This document shows, piece by piece, positions 1 to 12,506 of a DNA stretch of 64,000 nucleotides. The notes below the pieces were generated by a model. That model saw only the letters and a program-made list of their open reading frames with translations, was not told the origin of the DNA and did not search any database. The position numbers were made by a program, and so were the translations under genes. How positions within the stretch are numbered: position 1 is the stretch's first letter; each line of letters starts with the position of its first letter. Origin of the DNA: the human T2T-CHM13v2.0 reference genome, Homo sapiens. The DNA lies in assembly GCF_009914755.1 (NCBI RefSeq), contig NC_060936.1. One strand, written 5' to 3'.

Positions 1-345
1 TTCTCTGATGGAAGCTGCCAGGAGTCTGCTGAGTAGGTCCCACCTGTCTTTCCAGGGTGTTTCCTGCAAGTGCAGACTCACTGAGCAGGTGGCTGGCTAA
101 AGGACAAGCCTGTTTTTGTCTGGAGCCCTGTTCTTCGGGGCTGAACATTTCCTCCACCTGCCAACCACCTGCTTTGAGCACCCAGGAGAGGTGAAGGATG
201 GGAAATAGGTACTTTGATGCTGCCTCTCATTCTCCTCAAACCATAGGCTAAGGGGTGCTGGCGGGCTGTTGCCTAGCAGCCCCAGGCAGCCAGACTGCTT
301 CCAGATGCCAGTGGTCACAAGTAAGGTGCCTCCAGCCCAGCTCAC

Positions 346-411
346 CTCTATTCTCCAGACAATGATCCCAGGGTCGTTGTCCACAGCCCTGAAGGCACTG
401 GTCAGAGGCAT
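346..411 (-). CDS. AVIL: Advillin, first coding exon (MPLTSAFRAVDNDPGIIVWRIE); gene continues off the left edge
   Basis: ATG at 411-409. The 22 codons match the advillin N-terminus (villin/gelsolin WRIE motif). Donor GAG|GTGAGC at 346/345. Acceptor tgtgatgtttcag at 432/431 gives an exon of 430-346. Confidence 0.96.
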
Positions 412-2384
412 GATGCTTGTCTTTCCAGGACTGAAACATCACAGAACAAGAGGGGAGATGATATCTCTTGCCATAGTGGGCATCAATCCAGTTTTTCTGC
501 CGAGCTGCTTCCCAGTCTGTTGTCAGCCATCCTGCCACACCCTCATGGTGCATCCCTGCACCATTTCACAATGATGGGGGCAAGGACTTGTCCAAGTGCA
601 CATGGTGAGCCTGGCTGGCCTGGGGATTACCACCCATGAGTTCTGCTTCCCACCTGCCATTGCCCTTAAGAGCTCTGGTAATCGTCATGGTTATTTACCA
701 AAGGGGTGATAAATATGTTAAGCCCTGTATTGATTCACTTTGCATATGTTATCTCTAATTTTCAGAAGGTGAGTTTCTTCATCTTACATTGTGTGAATCT
801 GAGGTTTGCAAAGGCTGAATAACTTGTACAAGATCACACTCTAGAATGAAATCCTTATCTGATCCCCAAACCTGTGCTTCTAGCCACTTTGATGTACTAC
901 AACCCTTCCTAAACCAATCTAAGTTCAGTGGCATTTGGAAAGAAAAGCTAGTCAGAAAAAATATTTCCAAACTCAGTTGCCTTCTCTCACTCTCATTCCA
1001 ATTCTTCCCAAGTTCCCTGCTTGCAAGGCCTTCTCCACAGTCAACTTTGACCTTCTCTTTGGCTTTTGTCCTTTTTTTTTTTTTTTTTTTTTTTTAGAGT
1101 AAACTATTCTTAAACTCAAACAACCCTTCCTTCTTTTGTCACTACTATATTCCCTGTGCTTTCCAGATGCAAGGAAAGTAAAATGGCAGGGCTGGGCCTG
1201 GGACAAAGGGTTCTGGGTGCTAGCAGGGTGTGGCCTGGTCTGGCCTGCGGACAGATGGCTTCCTTTTTCCCTCCCACACAGACCCAAGCTTCTGTGTGGA
1301 AGCGTGAACCTCAGACACTTAGACGTCTCCAGTTCCTTCAGGATTGAGCAAGTCAGGGTGGGGAGAGGGGGGAAGTGGTAAAGATCTAAGTCTGTGTAGG
1401 TCGTGTACCATCTGTATTCAAGGAGCATCTTGGGTAATTAAGCACCTACCCATGTCCAAGGCCACGTAGAGGCTTTATAGAATTAAAATACCTGCTCTCA
1501 AGGAGCTTGAAATCTGATAACATGCATAATTAATGTAAAGCTAGATTAATTTCTCCCAAGAGGCAAAGGAAAAAGGATGGGGTTGATGGATTTATGTAAG
1601 ATTTAAAAATTCACCCAGAAAGGACTGTATGCATTTTTGCTGTTTGGGGACATACTGTTTGTTAAGAGGAACATGTCTGACCATTGTTTTCTTGAACCTT
1701 GATGGACAAAGCCAAGTTTGGAGAGCATGCGCCATCTAGTATGGACTTTGGCAAAAAACCATAAAGCTCAAAGCAGACTCGCTTTGTCTACTGCTGTAGC
1801 AGGACTAAAGCAAGGCAATGGTGCGGAGCAGCCAGTGTTTGAGAATTTAATTTGATAACTTGTGCTGCCCCACCCTGTGCTGCTCAGAATTGCCAGGAAA
1901 TATGGTGTTTGGGTTTTCTTCAGACCCTACGTAGCAGTCATTAAAGGCAAAAGCCATGAGCCAACTAGGGGAAGGGGACAAGGGCCACTGAATTCATTCC
2001 TTGGAGACAGAGAACTGTCACCCTGGTAAAAGCCAAACCAGCCGGCAGCAATTAGGACTGTGAGCCTCAGAGGCTGAAACCTGTCCCGTTTCCCAGCAGG
2101 AATTTAGGAATCAAGGAGCTCCCTGGGCCAGGCACCCCGAATGCGAGAGGATAAGCTCCAGGAAGGGACTTCCTGTCACACTGGAACACACAGAAAACAC
2201 AGTTCTGACATCAAATCTCCCAAAGCTGGGTCTCTCCTTCTCCCTAAATCCTAATTCAGTATCCTTTGAGAGGACTGCAGAAACCCCTTGGGTGTGGGGC
2301 ACAGTTTTGAAATGTCAGGTTAAAAGCCAGTGGCCTGTAATTCTCAGAGATGCCCTTTTGGACGGACCCTGAGCAGAGGAAGCT

Positions 2385-2551
2385 GTTTTTTGTTGTTGTT
2401 GTTTTTGAGACAGGGTCTTGCTCTGTCACCCAGGCTGGAGTGCAGTGGTACAATCACGGCTCACTGCAACCGCCACCTCCTGGGCTCAAGTGATCCTTCT
2501 GCCTCAGCCTCCTGAGAAGCTGAGACCACAGGTGTGCACCACCATGCTTGG

Positions 2552-2583
<32 letters not shown>

Positions 2584-2708
2584 TAGAGACAGGGTCTCAC
2601 TATGTTGCCCAGGATGGTCACAAGTTACAAACTCCTGGGCTCAAACAATCCTCATGCCCTGGCTTCCCAAAGTGTTGGGATTACAGGTGTAAGCCACCTC
2701 TCTGGGCC
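2385..2708 (-). mobile_element. Alu (AluJ-like) with (TTG)n tail
   Basis: Reverse Alu consensus; flanking direct repeat aggaagctg. Confidence 0.9.
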
Positions 2709-2997
2709 AGGAAGCTGGTTTTAACTCCTCCTGCCTTGCTCCATACCATCTTTCTCTAGGGATAGGTGAAAGGGGTCTGTCTTTCCCAGCTTTTGAAAAT
2801 GTGCCCTATATGTTCAGCTGCCTCTAAGGGGTTCTTCTGAACAAGAAGTTTGCAAAACTGGCCAGCCAGACTCCTGGTTCATTTTAAAAGCCTCATCTCA
2901 GAAGACAAAGCCAAGGGACTCTCAAGCTCCTCTTCCTTTCATTTCTTCCTCATTCAGGAGGATTAACTGGCATGCCCCCGTAAATCAGAGACCTTAC

Positions 2998-3100
2998 CTT
3001 GCCTTCTCGCTCACCAGCCTTCCCAGTTTCCCGGCGCGTAAGCAGCAGCAGTATTGAAGAACCACTCCAAAGCAGGAGGCTCCAGGTCCTGCTGCCTTAG
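2998..3100 (-). other. AVIL: Probable non-coding exon 1 of AVIL
   Basis: Strong donor AAG|GTAAGG at 2998/2997. TATA-like element lies ~30 nt upstream of 3100. Pairs with the acceptor 19 nt ahead of the AVIL ATG. The 5' end is approximate. Confidence 0.75.
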
Positions 3101-3200
3101 CTTAGTAATGGCCGCAGAGATACTGGGTTATATTTGCTTGTGTTTGCATCTTAACCGCATTTTCCTAGTCCTGGCCAATCAGAGCCAACCTAGCACTGAG
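3100..3200 (-). promoter_or_regulatory. AVIL: AVIL core promoter (TATA-like and CCAAT)
   Basis: AAATATAA on the minus strand at 3135-3128; GGCCAATC at ~3173-3180. Confidence 0.55.
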
Positions 3201-3705
3201 CTTGGCTTATTCAAACCAGAGGGAAAGCTTTATCTGTGCCTATTCAAAACAGCAAAACAGAAGAGCAGACTTTTAAAGGCTTCTTTGAACTCCAGCTCCA
3301 CGCCCTGATCTAATTGATTTTTTAAAAAGTGCACACAGCCCATCAATAATGCAGGAAAGAGGTTGGAAGGATATGAAATTTGCCATATTGTAGATATGGA
3401 TGCATTATGGTGATGACAGGAGGAAGAGGCTGGAGCTGCCCCATGAGTGCCTGTGATGTCTAGGTTGGCAAGAGCCTCCCTAAGAAGCTTCTGGCATTTC
3501 TCAAAGGGAGGGGAAGTCTGGGAGAGGAGCCAGAATTTTATTAGGCCACAGTTTTGCTCGTTGGGGTCTCTACTAGTCATACAGTAAACCAATCAATATT
3601 TGAGTGCCTGCTGTTTGCCAGGAACCATGCTGGGCTCTCAGCTTCAGGGTTTCCAGTTTGGAAGAATCAGTGAGGGGCAGAGAAGAATCAAGACTCCATT
3701 CCCAG

Positions 3706-4074
<369 letters not shown>

Positions 4075-4299
4075 CTAAGCACCTGACTGCAATGGGGTTG
4101 ATCACAGCAGAACTTGTGTAACCTTGAGCGGAAGCCCTGTGTGGCATCTGCAGCTGGCCTCCCGGTGGGTGCAACACCCCACTCAGCCCGGGGGTGCAGC
4201 TGCTTCATGATGGAAGGGGTTGCGAGAAGAAAGGCGGTGCTTGCCATGGGCCCAGTGAACACTTAAGGGCCAATGAAGGTTGGTGGCAGCTCACATTCC

Positions 4300-7200
4300 T
4301 GGAAAGGTTTTTTAAACCCACTTTTATTAATTAATTGTAAGTAATACAAATATTCCAAAAATATAAACAGACACTTAATGGCGTCCTGCATTTCAAGTTT
4401 TTGAATACAACAAATTTATCAAACCATGAATCTGTAAGCAAGGTAGTCAGAATCCCATAGCCCAGTCACAGTGGGAAGCAGATCCCCTACCCTCCAAATG
4501 GCATCTTGAAGGGGGAAAGCGGCACGAAATGGAACATGATAAGCAAAAAAGCTCACGAGGCCCAAAGAGGAGGGTCCGCTCCATGGGCAGGCCCTACAAC
4601 GTTAAAAGAATGGGGCAGCTGGCCCGACCTCTGGCCTCCTCTTCCCTGGCTGAATGTAAATATTTACCAGCATTTAGAAAAAAGGAGAAAAAAGACAGAA
4701 CTAAACCCGTTTAGGAAAAAGGGACCGAGGGACAGCAGTGGTTAAGTAATCCACTGAGGACCTGAAGGGGAAAATGGACTTACCTTTCTCATATACTTGG
4801 CCTGGCTAGGACACTGGGTGCCAGACAGCCTTCTGAGGGGATTTTCTTTCTAAATGAGGCCTCAGGAACAGGTAGGGGCAGCAGAATAGAATAGCATCCA
4901 TTTCCCAGAGAAAGACTGCCTTTACATTTCCCATGCTTTTAGCACAAAGCAGCGTCTGGGCCACTGTTACCAGAGGTGAGTTTATACATTTACAAAATGC
5001 TTAAAATCTTTGGGAAGCAAGAGGAAGCTAAACAGAAGGTCCCATGTTAACTGAAGGCAAATTCACTCAACCTCTCTAGTAAGGGACCCATGGGCCTACA
5101 GAGTGTTCCCTCTACAATGTGCAGAGTGGAAACCCTTACCTGACCCTTTTCCAAACTGGTCCTGTGTCCAAAGCTCCCCCTATGAGAGGGACACGAACAT
5201 CAGGCTTTTGATTTAGAAGCCCAATCAGAGAGACACACTGTGTCCCTGAAGAGGCACCTTAAAAGAACTGAACCTGGCAGGTAGGCAGATTCCTGGCATG
5301 GCTTGAATTGGTGCTGACCAGGCATGGTGGCCTATTGCCTCCCAAAGACCAGTCTCAAGTGGGAGGGGCTGATGGTGGGAAGCCCTAGAAGAGAGTCTGG
5401 GATGAAGCGGCCTCCTCCCTGTCTTGCCCTCCAAAATTGAGTCTGGCCTGATTCCTTTGAGGAGCAAATTTTACAATCATCCCTCACCCTAACACACGGT
5501 GAAACTGGAAACCCGACAGCAAATAATGACTAGGCTGGCTCTGGTCCACAAGAACAGACCCTGGCTAGGTTTGGCCGAGTAGCTTCTCTGGGGCAAGTGG
5601 GAATGGCATTGTTGGGGGGGAGTTGCAGGTGGGCAGGCAGGGTTCTGATGGGAGTGAGGCCTAAAAAGCAGGGGCTTCATGCAGATGCAGCAGGGACACT
5701 CCCACCAAGCCATCCTGGGCTTTGGTCATGGGTCCCACGCCAAGCACTTGGACAAGTCTGTTAGGAAAGGGGGTGGCACATGCTCTTCCGCCATCTGGAA
5801 AAACATGGAGATCCAAGGGAGGGCGGAAAGGGTCCTTGCAACTCAGTCAGCTTAGAGCCTCTTATTGCTTATTTAGTCAGAAAAGCCTGGCTGGGCCTAG
5901 ACGGCAAAAGATTTGGCCAAGGGCTAACCCTTAGGGTGGGGCTTGGAAGAGAGGCCCCTCCTGCAATATTAGGATAGCAGCCTAGGTCAGGCCTTGGGTC
6001 CGAAGCCACAGCTGGCTCTAAGAGTCTGAGCTCCTGCTTTCCTTCAAGAGACAGTATATTTCTGGCTAGCACATGGGGTCCTTCTCCCTTTAGGTACACC
6101 GGGACCCCATAGGCACCGGGGAGTGATGCTGGCGGAAATGGCCACATGAGTTCTGGGGACTCTGTTCCACTTTATGATTCCAAAGAGAAAGACAAGGCCT
6201 TATAACCTTGGGACAAGAAGGGAAGGTGGCACCACAACGCTAGAGAAAAATGCCAGCCAGCCACCGCTGAGAGCACGAAGCTGCTGCTCTACCACCTGCT
6301 TTTCTCAAAACTTGTTAGTTCCTGAGGCTGGATCTAGGGTGTGGCAATGGAAGGGATGATGGGGAAGAGTCCTGAGTGGGTGGTGTCCCTGCACCTAAAG
6401 CAATTCACAAATGCTTTGTGATACCTGCCTCCAGGGAACACAGAGATGGGAACAGGAGCGCCCTCCCACCCCAGGAGGAGGGAGGGAGGGAGGAGAGAAC
6501 CCCACCCACCCCAGGGAGGCCACGATTAAGGCAGTGATGCTGAGGTGGGGCTCCTTTTTGGGAGGCCCCTTGTGCTCCCAATTACAGCAGCACTTCCTCT
6601 TATTTTCCACCCTGGGAAAACTTCCATTTCGTGATGACTTTAATTTTAAAGCATTCACTATTAAGAACCTTTGAAAGCAGGAGACACCCAGAGTGCAGGT
6701 CTGAGGGGCTCACTCACTCCTGTTACCAGAGGCAGAAAGCATGCGCATTAGGCTGGCAAATGGCAAGAACACTCATTCCCCCTCAGCCCAGGAAGAGCAA
6801 GAGTTCTGAGGCCCTTAAGAGGAAAAGCAACAGCCAGGAAGGATGAAGGCTGGAACAGACAGAGCTCGGTACAGGACAGGCCCTGGGGGAAGACACAACA
6901 GGAAAAGAGCCCTGCCCAAGAAATGGGAGGGGCTGGGACAGCTTAGTTTTTCCCAGCCTTTGGAACAGAAGTCCTTGCACCAGCACCAGCAGAGAATCCC
7001 TGAAAAGCAGACTTATGGAAATGATCCCGAGCTTAGCTGATCCACAAGCCATGGGGACACACGTCCACGCTTTGAGGATTTGTCTTTTCCCTGCAACCCC
7101 AGCGCCGCCGACATTCATTACAGGCCCAGGACTGTAACTTTGTCAGAAACAAACCAGGCCCAACACTCTGTGTTTAGAAAGAGAATTTTAAAACACAGTC

Positions 7201-7970
7201 AAAAGAACGGAAATCAGTTATCTGTCCTCTTCCCGGGCAGGGAGAAAACCTCCTTCCCCACAGGTTTGAGACTATGGCTAGGTGGTGAGGAAGGCAGGCT
7301 CAGCACCCCAGCCTTGGGGAGACATAGAAAAGGCCTATCCCAGGCACTCAGCCGGAGGCAAGCATAGCCTTTGGGCCACAAGACCTGATGGCCACTGGAT
7401 GCTGGTCTGGAAACAAGTTCTCATCTTCCCAGAAATGTGATCTTTTGTCTGCAGCAGCTGGCTGGAGAAGGATTTCAGAAAGGTGTGTGCCTGGAGTACC
7501 CAAAGGCATACCCTTCCTTTATCCTTGGCATAGGCCTTACAACACTGAGGAAAGGCCATGGTTTGGCAATGGAGTCTTCAATAGTCTTCATCCCTACACA
7601 ACTCAGTGGCTCTTAGGGTGACAGGAGAGGAGACAAGCTAACTTGGGAAGAGTCTTGGTCTTTCAGCTTCTCCCCCACTGAAACACTATACACTGGGGCC
7701 ACAGTTCATGGCAAAACACACACACAAACACACACTCTCTCACAGTCAAACACACATCTCAACAAGTTGGCGGCAGGTAGCTCTGGGTATCATTGGTCTG
7801 GCATTCGCCCACTCGGCATCTAAGCTGTCCTAAAGCTCTTTCCAGTTACTTCCCGCTGTTTCCGGGCCGTGTGGTGAGGCACTCCAGCTTCTACTCTGTC
7901 ACGCTGATCGTAAAGGCACAGTGTGGGAAAGTCCCCTACTGGGATGGCCGTCGCTTGGAAGCAGGGCAGG
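4300..7970 (-). other. CTDSP2: CTDSP2 3'UTR (~3.7 kb)
   Basis: Runs from stop codon TAG (7973-7971) to AATAAA (4328-4323); free of Alus. Confidence 0.85.
4323..4328 (-). terminator. CTDSP2: CTDSP2 polyadenylation signal AATAAA (cleavage ~4300)
   Basis: tttatt on the plus strand at the end of an AT-rich, repeat-free 3'UTR. Confidence 0.8.
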
Positions 7971-8096
7971 CTAAGGGGCCCGCAGCTGCCCAAGGCTGGT
8001 GTAGACGTCCTCTGCTCCGCTCAGCTCCTCAAAGATTGGGATCAGGTTCAGCAACTCAGTGTCTGCCATGTCATCAAACCAGGACTGCACAGGCAC
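7971..8096 (-). CDS. CTDSP2: CTDSP2 exon 8 coding part (VPVQSWFDD...LGQLRAP*)
   Basis: Acceptor AG at 8098-8097; 126 nt including TAG; matches the SCP2 C-terminus. Confidence 0.97.
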   Translation of the reverse strand: MPVQSWFDDMADTELLNLIPIFEELSGAEDVYTSLGQLRAP

Positions 8097-8272
8097 CTGG
8101 TGGGGGGAAGATGTGGTGTCAATCTCCCGACTGCTGCTTCCCCCTCCCTCGCCCCAGAGCCCTAGAGGGTGGCTGGGTCTTCCTGGAGGGGTGTACTTCT
8201 CTGGTGGAGCCCACAGTTCCAGTCTGCTTCCTCTCCCAATCCCTACCGTGGAGACGCATCAGGAGCACTCAC

Positions 8273-8458
8273 TGCATTCTCGGGGTGGAATATGTAAGAA
8301 GCAGGCGAGTTGTCCAGGATGAGGGTCTTTCTCAGGTCCCTCCCCAGGCGGCTGAGGTCCTTGACGTAGCAGCCCTGGTGGAACACGCAAGACTCACGGA
8401 ATAGGCGGGCCCGGAACACCCCACACCGGTCCAGCAGGTCTGTCACAGGGTCGGCATA
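8273..8458 (-). CDS. CTDSP2: CTDSP2 exon 7 ([10 protein letters not shown]...[10 protein letters not shown]...[14 protein letters not shown])
   Basis: AG/GT boundaries; 186 nt; FCP1/SCP-family KDL and DN motifs. Confidence 0.97.
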
Positions 8459-8595
8459 CTAGGAGGAGAGAAGATGCCTTAGTTTGGATACACTCCTGGT
8501 CCTCCTGTATAACCCTAGGGACCAAAAGGGAGCTGCTGGACCACCCCCGTGGCCACCACACCCACTCCTGGTTCTTCCCTCTCACCCCTAGGTAC

Positions 8596-8688
8596 CTTGG
8601 CCAGGCTGGCAGTGAAGAGAACACATTCAAAGAGTTCCCCCATGCGTCTCAGGAACTCATCCACATAAGGCCTCTTGAGCACATACAC
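8596..8688 (-). CDS. CTDSP2: CTDSP2 exon 6 ([13 protein letters not shown]...FTASLAK)
   Basis: AG/GT boundaries; 93 nt; KRP and FTAS motifs. Confidence 0.97.
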
Positions 8689-8977
8689 CTGAGGAAGAGC
8701 AGAGCAGCCTGTTGGAGGCATCCCTGTGATGAAGGTTTGCAGTACTGGGTACCTTCACCAGTTACACAGCAGCAAGGAGCTCTCAACCCCTGCAGCCCAG
8801 CCTCCTGGGCTACCTGGCTGGAAGCCTGCGGCCCCCTGAGACCCCACAGACCCGGAGAACTGGCTGTACCCCTCACCAGGCTTCCAATGGATCAGTGGTC
8901 CCAACCTCAACCTGGCTCAGGAAGAAGCGCACACACCATGTCCCAGGAGCCATCTCTGTTTCCGGCGGCGGACCATC

Positions 8978-9061
8978 AGCTGCCTCCAGAAACAAGTAAT
9001 CAAGAATAGGCCTCACAGATGGAAACAGCCTATCCTGGATTACTTGAATCCAGCCACAGCC
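8978..9061 (-). ncRNA. MIR26A2: pre-miR-26a-2 hairpin in CTDSP2 intron 5 (miR-26a-5p 9048-9027; 3p arm 9010-8989)
   Basis: Minus strand reads TTCAAGTAATCCAGGATAGGCT (miR-26a-5p), loop, then CCTATTCTTGATTACTTGTTTC. miR-26 genes are known to be hosted in CTDSP-family introns. Confidence 0.98.
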
Positions 9062-9399
9062 TCTATGGGAGCTTTCTGTCCTTGGCTCCGACAGGACAGT
9101 CTGTCCAGGTCATGATTAGGTAATGAATTGCACCAGGGAGAAGTGACTTTTTCCCCTCAATGACCATAGACTAGACAGACACCCTGCCGAGTCTTGCTCT
9201 GCACCCGATCTTGTGCTTGCTTCTGCCAGCCACCACTAACACCTTTGTCCACCCTTACGATCTTGCACATTTTGGGAAGTCCTTTGGCCACCTGACCCCC
9301 CATCGGTCTGCATTCTATTGCTTCCATGACTCTAGCCTACACAGCTGCTACTAGAACCATTTCCAAAAAGGTCCTTTTTCTTTTCTTTATTTACTTATT

Positions 9400-9520
9400 T
9401 TTTTTAGAGATGGGGTCTTGCTATGTGAGGCCAGGCTGGTTGTGAACTTGTGGGCTCAGGCATTCCTCCTGCCTTGGCCTCCCAGAGTGTTGGGATGACA
9501 GGTGTAAGCCACGGCACCTG
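9400..9520 (-). mobile_element. Alu monomer (FLAM-like)
   Basis: Single left-arm-like Alu sequence with T-rich tail. Confidence 0.75.
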
Positions 9521-10714
9521 ACTCCCAAAGCTCCTTTACCTGCATTACTCCCGAGCTCAAAGAGAGTCGGCCTGCTGTGACTCTCCCTCCTAGAGTAGGC
9601 CTGAACTGGCCACCAACTCACCAGACCACTCAGAGCTCTGCAGGAACCCTCTGTTCTAGGCAGCCACAACTTAACTTCTGTTAGCCTGCCATTCCTTCGA
9701 CCTCCAACAAGCCCCTTCCTCATCCCAGCTTTCATCAAGTCTGGCATCCTTTCACCCACCTTGGGCAGGTAGTGCTCCCTCATTTTAATCTCATCCTTTT
9801 AAAAATTATTCATACCCTTCCTTGTTAGCCAGGAGTTCACAGTGTATATCTGTTTGAAAATATGCCTTCATCTTTTCTACAAGGGTTTAGCACATCCCTA
9901 TACCCTCAGCTAGACTGTCAAAGGGCTGCTGGACCAAGCCTAGTCCTGACCGGGGCCTGGCGCTGGGCATGGCAGGCCTTCTGGGCAAGCAAGCTGAGTA
10001 AATGGTCTTTCACTAGCAGTGTCACATGATCCTTAACCTGGGACTGCCTGGGCTGCAGGCTGGAGCCTGGTCTGTTTAGATTTGAGTGCTCTTTACATTG
10101 ACAGACACACACTGAGCACTTCCTCAGGCAGAATCCAATGGAGGGCCCCAGGGAAGGCAGTCAGAGAAGGCTTCACAGAGGAGGAGATGTCTGGGCTGGG
10201 GAGGAAGAAAGTCACTAGCTATTCACAGTGGGGGTGGCAGGGGGAGCATGGGCAAGAGGGCATTCCGGGCAGAGAAAATGGTTACTACTGATTTCCCTGC
10301 CTGTTACAGGCAAAGAGATACCTGGTTAAGGTATCTTAACAGGTATAGATACCTTTCTTAAGGAACAGAGAAATGTAATAAATCATTTAACAGTGCTGGC
10401 CACGTGAGGGGATGGTGGTTAACAAACGATAGCTATTATTATTATTAAATAAAATGTAAACTATTCTTTTAAACAGCTTGGTTGCAAAGAGAAAACAAGG
10501 GAGACAGCTGGGTGGGATATGGGGCTGAAACTCTTTTTTTAAGGTGAGAAAGCCTTGAGTGAAAGATACCAATAAAAAGGGGAGGCTGGAGTTATAGAAA
10601 AGGGATCAACTGACAGAACCCAAGCCCTGAGATGGGTGGAGGACCCCAGTACAGGTGAGGCAGAAGGCAGACCCCCCACCCTCTGGGCTGGGTGTGGTCT
10701 GGCTGGCAGCTCAC

Positions 10715-10771
10715 CTGGTGAGTGGTCCCCTCAATCTCTATAGGCACTATGAAGTCAGCATTGTTGATTGG
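10715..10771 (-). CDS. CTDSP2: CTDSP2 exon 5 (PINNADFIVPIEIEGTTHQ)
   Basis: AG at 10773-10772; donor CAG|GTGAGC; 57 nt. Confidence 0.97.
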
Positions 10772-11364
10772 CTGGAAGGCAGAAAAGTTAATGCTGTCAG
10801 CATGGTGGCAAAGAAACATGAGGCCCCCACCATACCCCTAGGTGGGTGGGGAGAAACAGGTCTTAAAGACTCCTGGAAGTGCCTCTGGCCACCTCATTAA
10901 GGGGTTCTCACCCTAGTTCAAGATGTGATACCCCATTCTGGTTTTCCCTACTCCTTAGCACCTCCACTCTGACAAATTCTACCTGGGCTGAGAGTTTTGG
11001 GGCCTGAGTTTCCTGAGGAGACAAGCAGGGGCAAGGGCCAAAGGTGATCCAACCACTCTTTTAGGCCTGCCCTGTACAGAGCCCTCGTGGCTGGCTTTCT
11101 GTGCTATGTGGCTCGGGGGCAGATGCAGCCTGTTGGGAGTGACTGGAGATAGCAGCCCTGGTGGAACACACAGGGTTCCTACTCAACATTCTTCAGTGGG
11201 GCCTCTAGATACCTGTGACACAGGGTGGCCAAAATGCCAGAGGCCTGGCCTTTTCCCTTCTAATCACTCTTCTTTCCTCACCTTTAGGCTGCCTTACACA
11301 TCTGTTGCCAGATTCACAAGAAGGCCCAAGATAAAGGTAGGAAGGGTTCCAGACATTGAGTTAC

Positions 11365-11466
11365 CTTAAAGGAGCTATGCACAAGGGTTTCATCGAGGTC
11401 AATGACCACACAGATCCTTCCTTGATCTTCCTCTGTCACCTCTGGGAGCAGGCAGGTCCCTGGGAT
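11365..11466 (-). CDS. CTDSP2: CTDSP2 exon 4, with catalytic DxDx(T) motif DLDET
   Basis: [34 protein letters not shown]; 102 nt; AG/GT boundaries. Confidence 0.97.
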
Positions 11467-11920
11467 CTAAAACCAAGCCAGGTTGCTGAGATCTGCCTAC
11501 CAAGAAAGCCCAATTGTACCCCTTGGCATAATTATGGGAAGAGCTGGGTTGTTTGTGGAGACACAATCACCAACCCAGGATAGGCACCACTTAAAGGCCA
11601 GGAAGAAAGGAGGTGGAGTTGTTTCCTTGGTTTCAGCCTCCCAGTGGGACTATTAAGTGATCTGGACATTGGAGGTGGTGGCCAGGGCAGGTGTGGGATG
11701 GACAGCAGCTGTGGGAAGAGGGCATGGAGCACCAGCTGTCCCCTAAAATCTAATGCCTTGCACATAGCAGGCCCTCAACAAGTATGGGGAACAAATGGCT
11801 TCCCAGGTCAGGGAGGTGGCTGGCTAGGCACCAAGGACTATGCACATCACCCTGCCCGTGGAGCTGGCAGGGATCACAGGATCCTGGCTTCTGAGTACTT
11901 ACCAGGCCAGAGTCACGTAC

Positions 11921-11959
11921 CTGGTAGAACTGGTACTGGAGACACTGGAGCAGATCCGA
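11921..11959 (-). CDS. CTDSP2: CTDSP2 exon 3, 39-nt micro-exon (SDLLQCLQYQFYQ)
   Basis: Polypyrimidine acceptor ctcttcctcag; donor CAG|GTACGT; keeps the reading frame. Confidence 0.93.
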
Positions 11960-12506
11960 CTGAGGAAGAGAAGGAGGTGGTCAGTGCCATCTCACTGCCT
12001 TTCCCACCCCATCCAAACCCACTGCTTCTGTCTTAAGCCTGGAGGGCAACTTTCTCCCCCAGACCCAGCCACCTGGAAGCTCCTACCATGTCAAAAGTGA
12101 CTTTTCCTAGGAGTGGGGCAGGAAAAGGGAAAGGCTAGAGCTTCCTTTCCACATTAGGCCTGATGAAGGATGGAGAAGACAAGTGTCCCTGTTCTCGGCT
12201 GCCACTGCCTCTCAACTGGACAAAGTGAGGAACAGGGAACTCAAGTAACTGATTCAGGGACACAGAGTCAGAGGCAGAACCAAAGTCTGAATTCCTCACA
12301 GTGGCAAACTCTCGCTAAGTCCTTAAACTCAGGCTTCTCCTTGAGAACATGTTGTTTTCCATGCCCTCCTTAGGGGTTATGTGGGGGAACAAGCCCTATA
12401 AAACATCAAGTAAGCCACATTGTAGGTACCCAAAATGTGAGGGGAGGGAGTGCAGAGAGATCAGCAAGCCCCCCACCCCAATTTTTGCTAATACAAATGT
12501 TATGAC

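Noticed and set aside
97-345. Remainder of the 104-aa ORF beginning MPLTSAF
   Set aside because: Read-through into the AVIL intron after the GT donor at 345
7793-8404. 203-aa plus-strand ORF
   Set aside because: Antisense shadow of CTDSP2 exons 7-8 with a non-ATG start and no family resemblance
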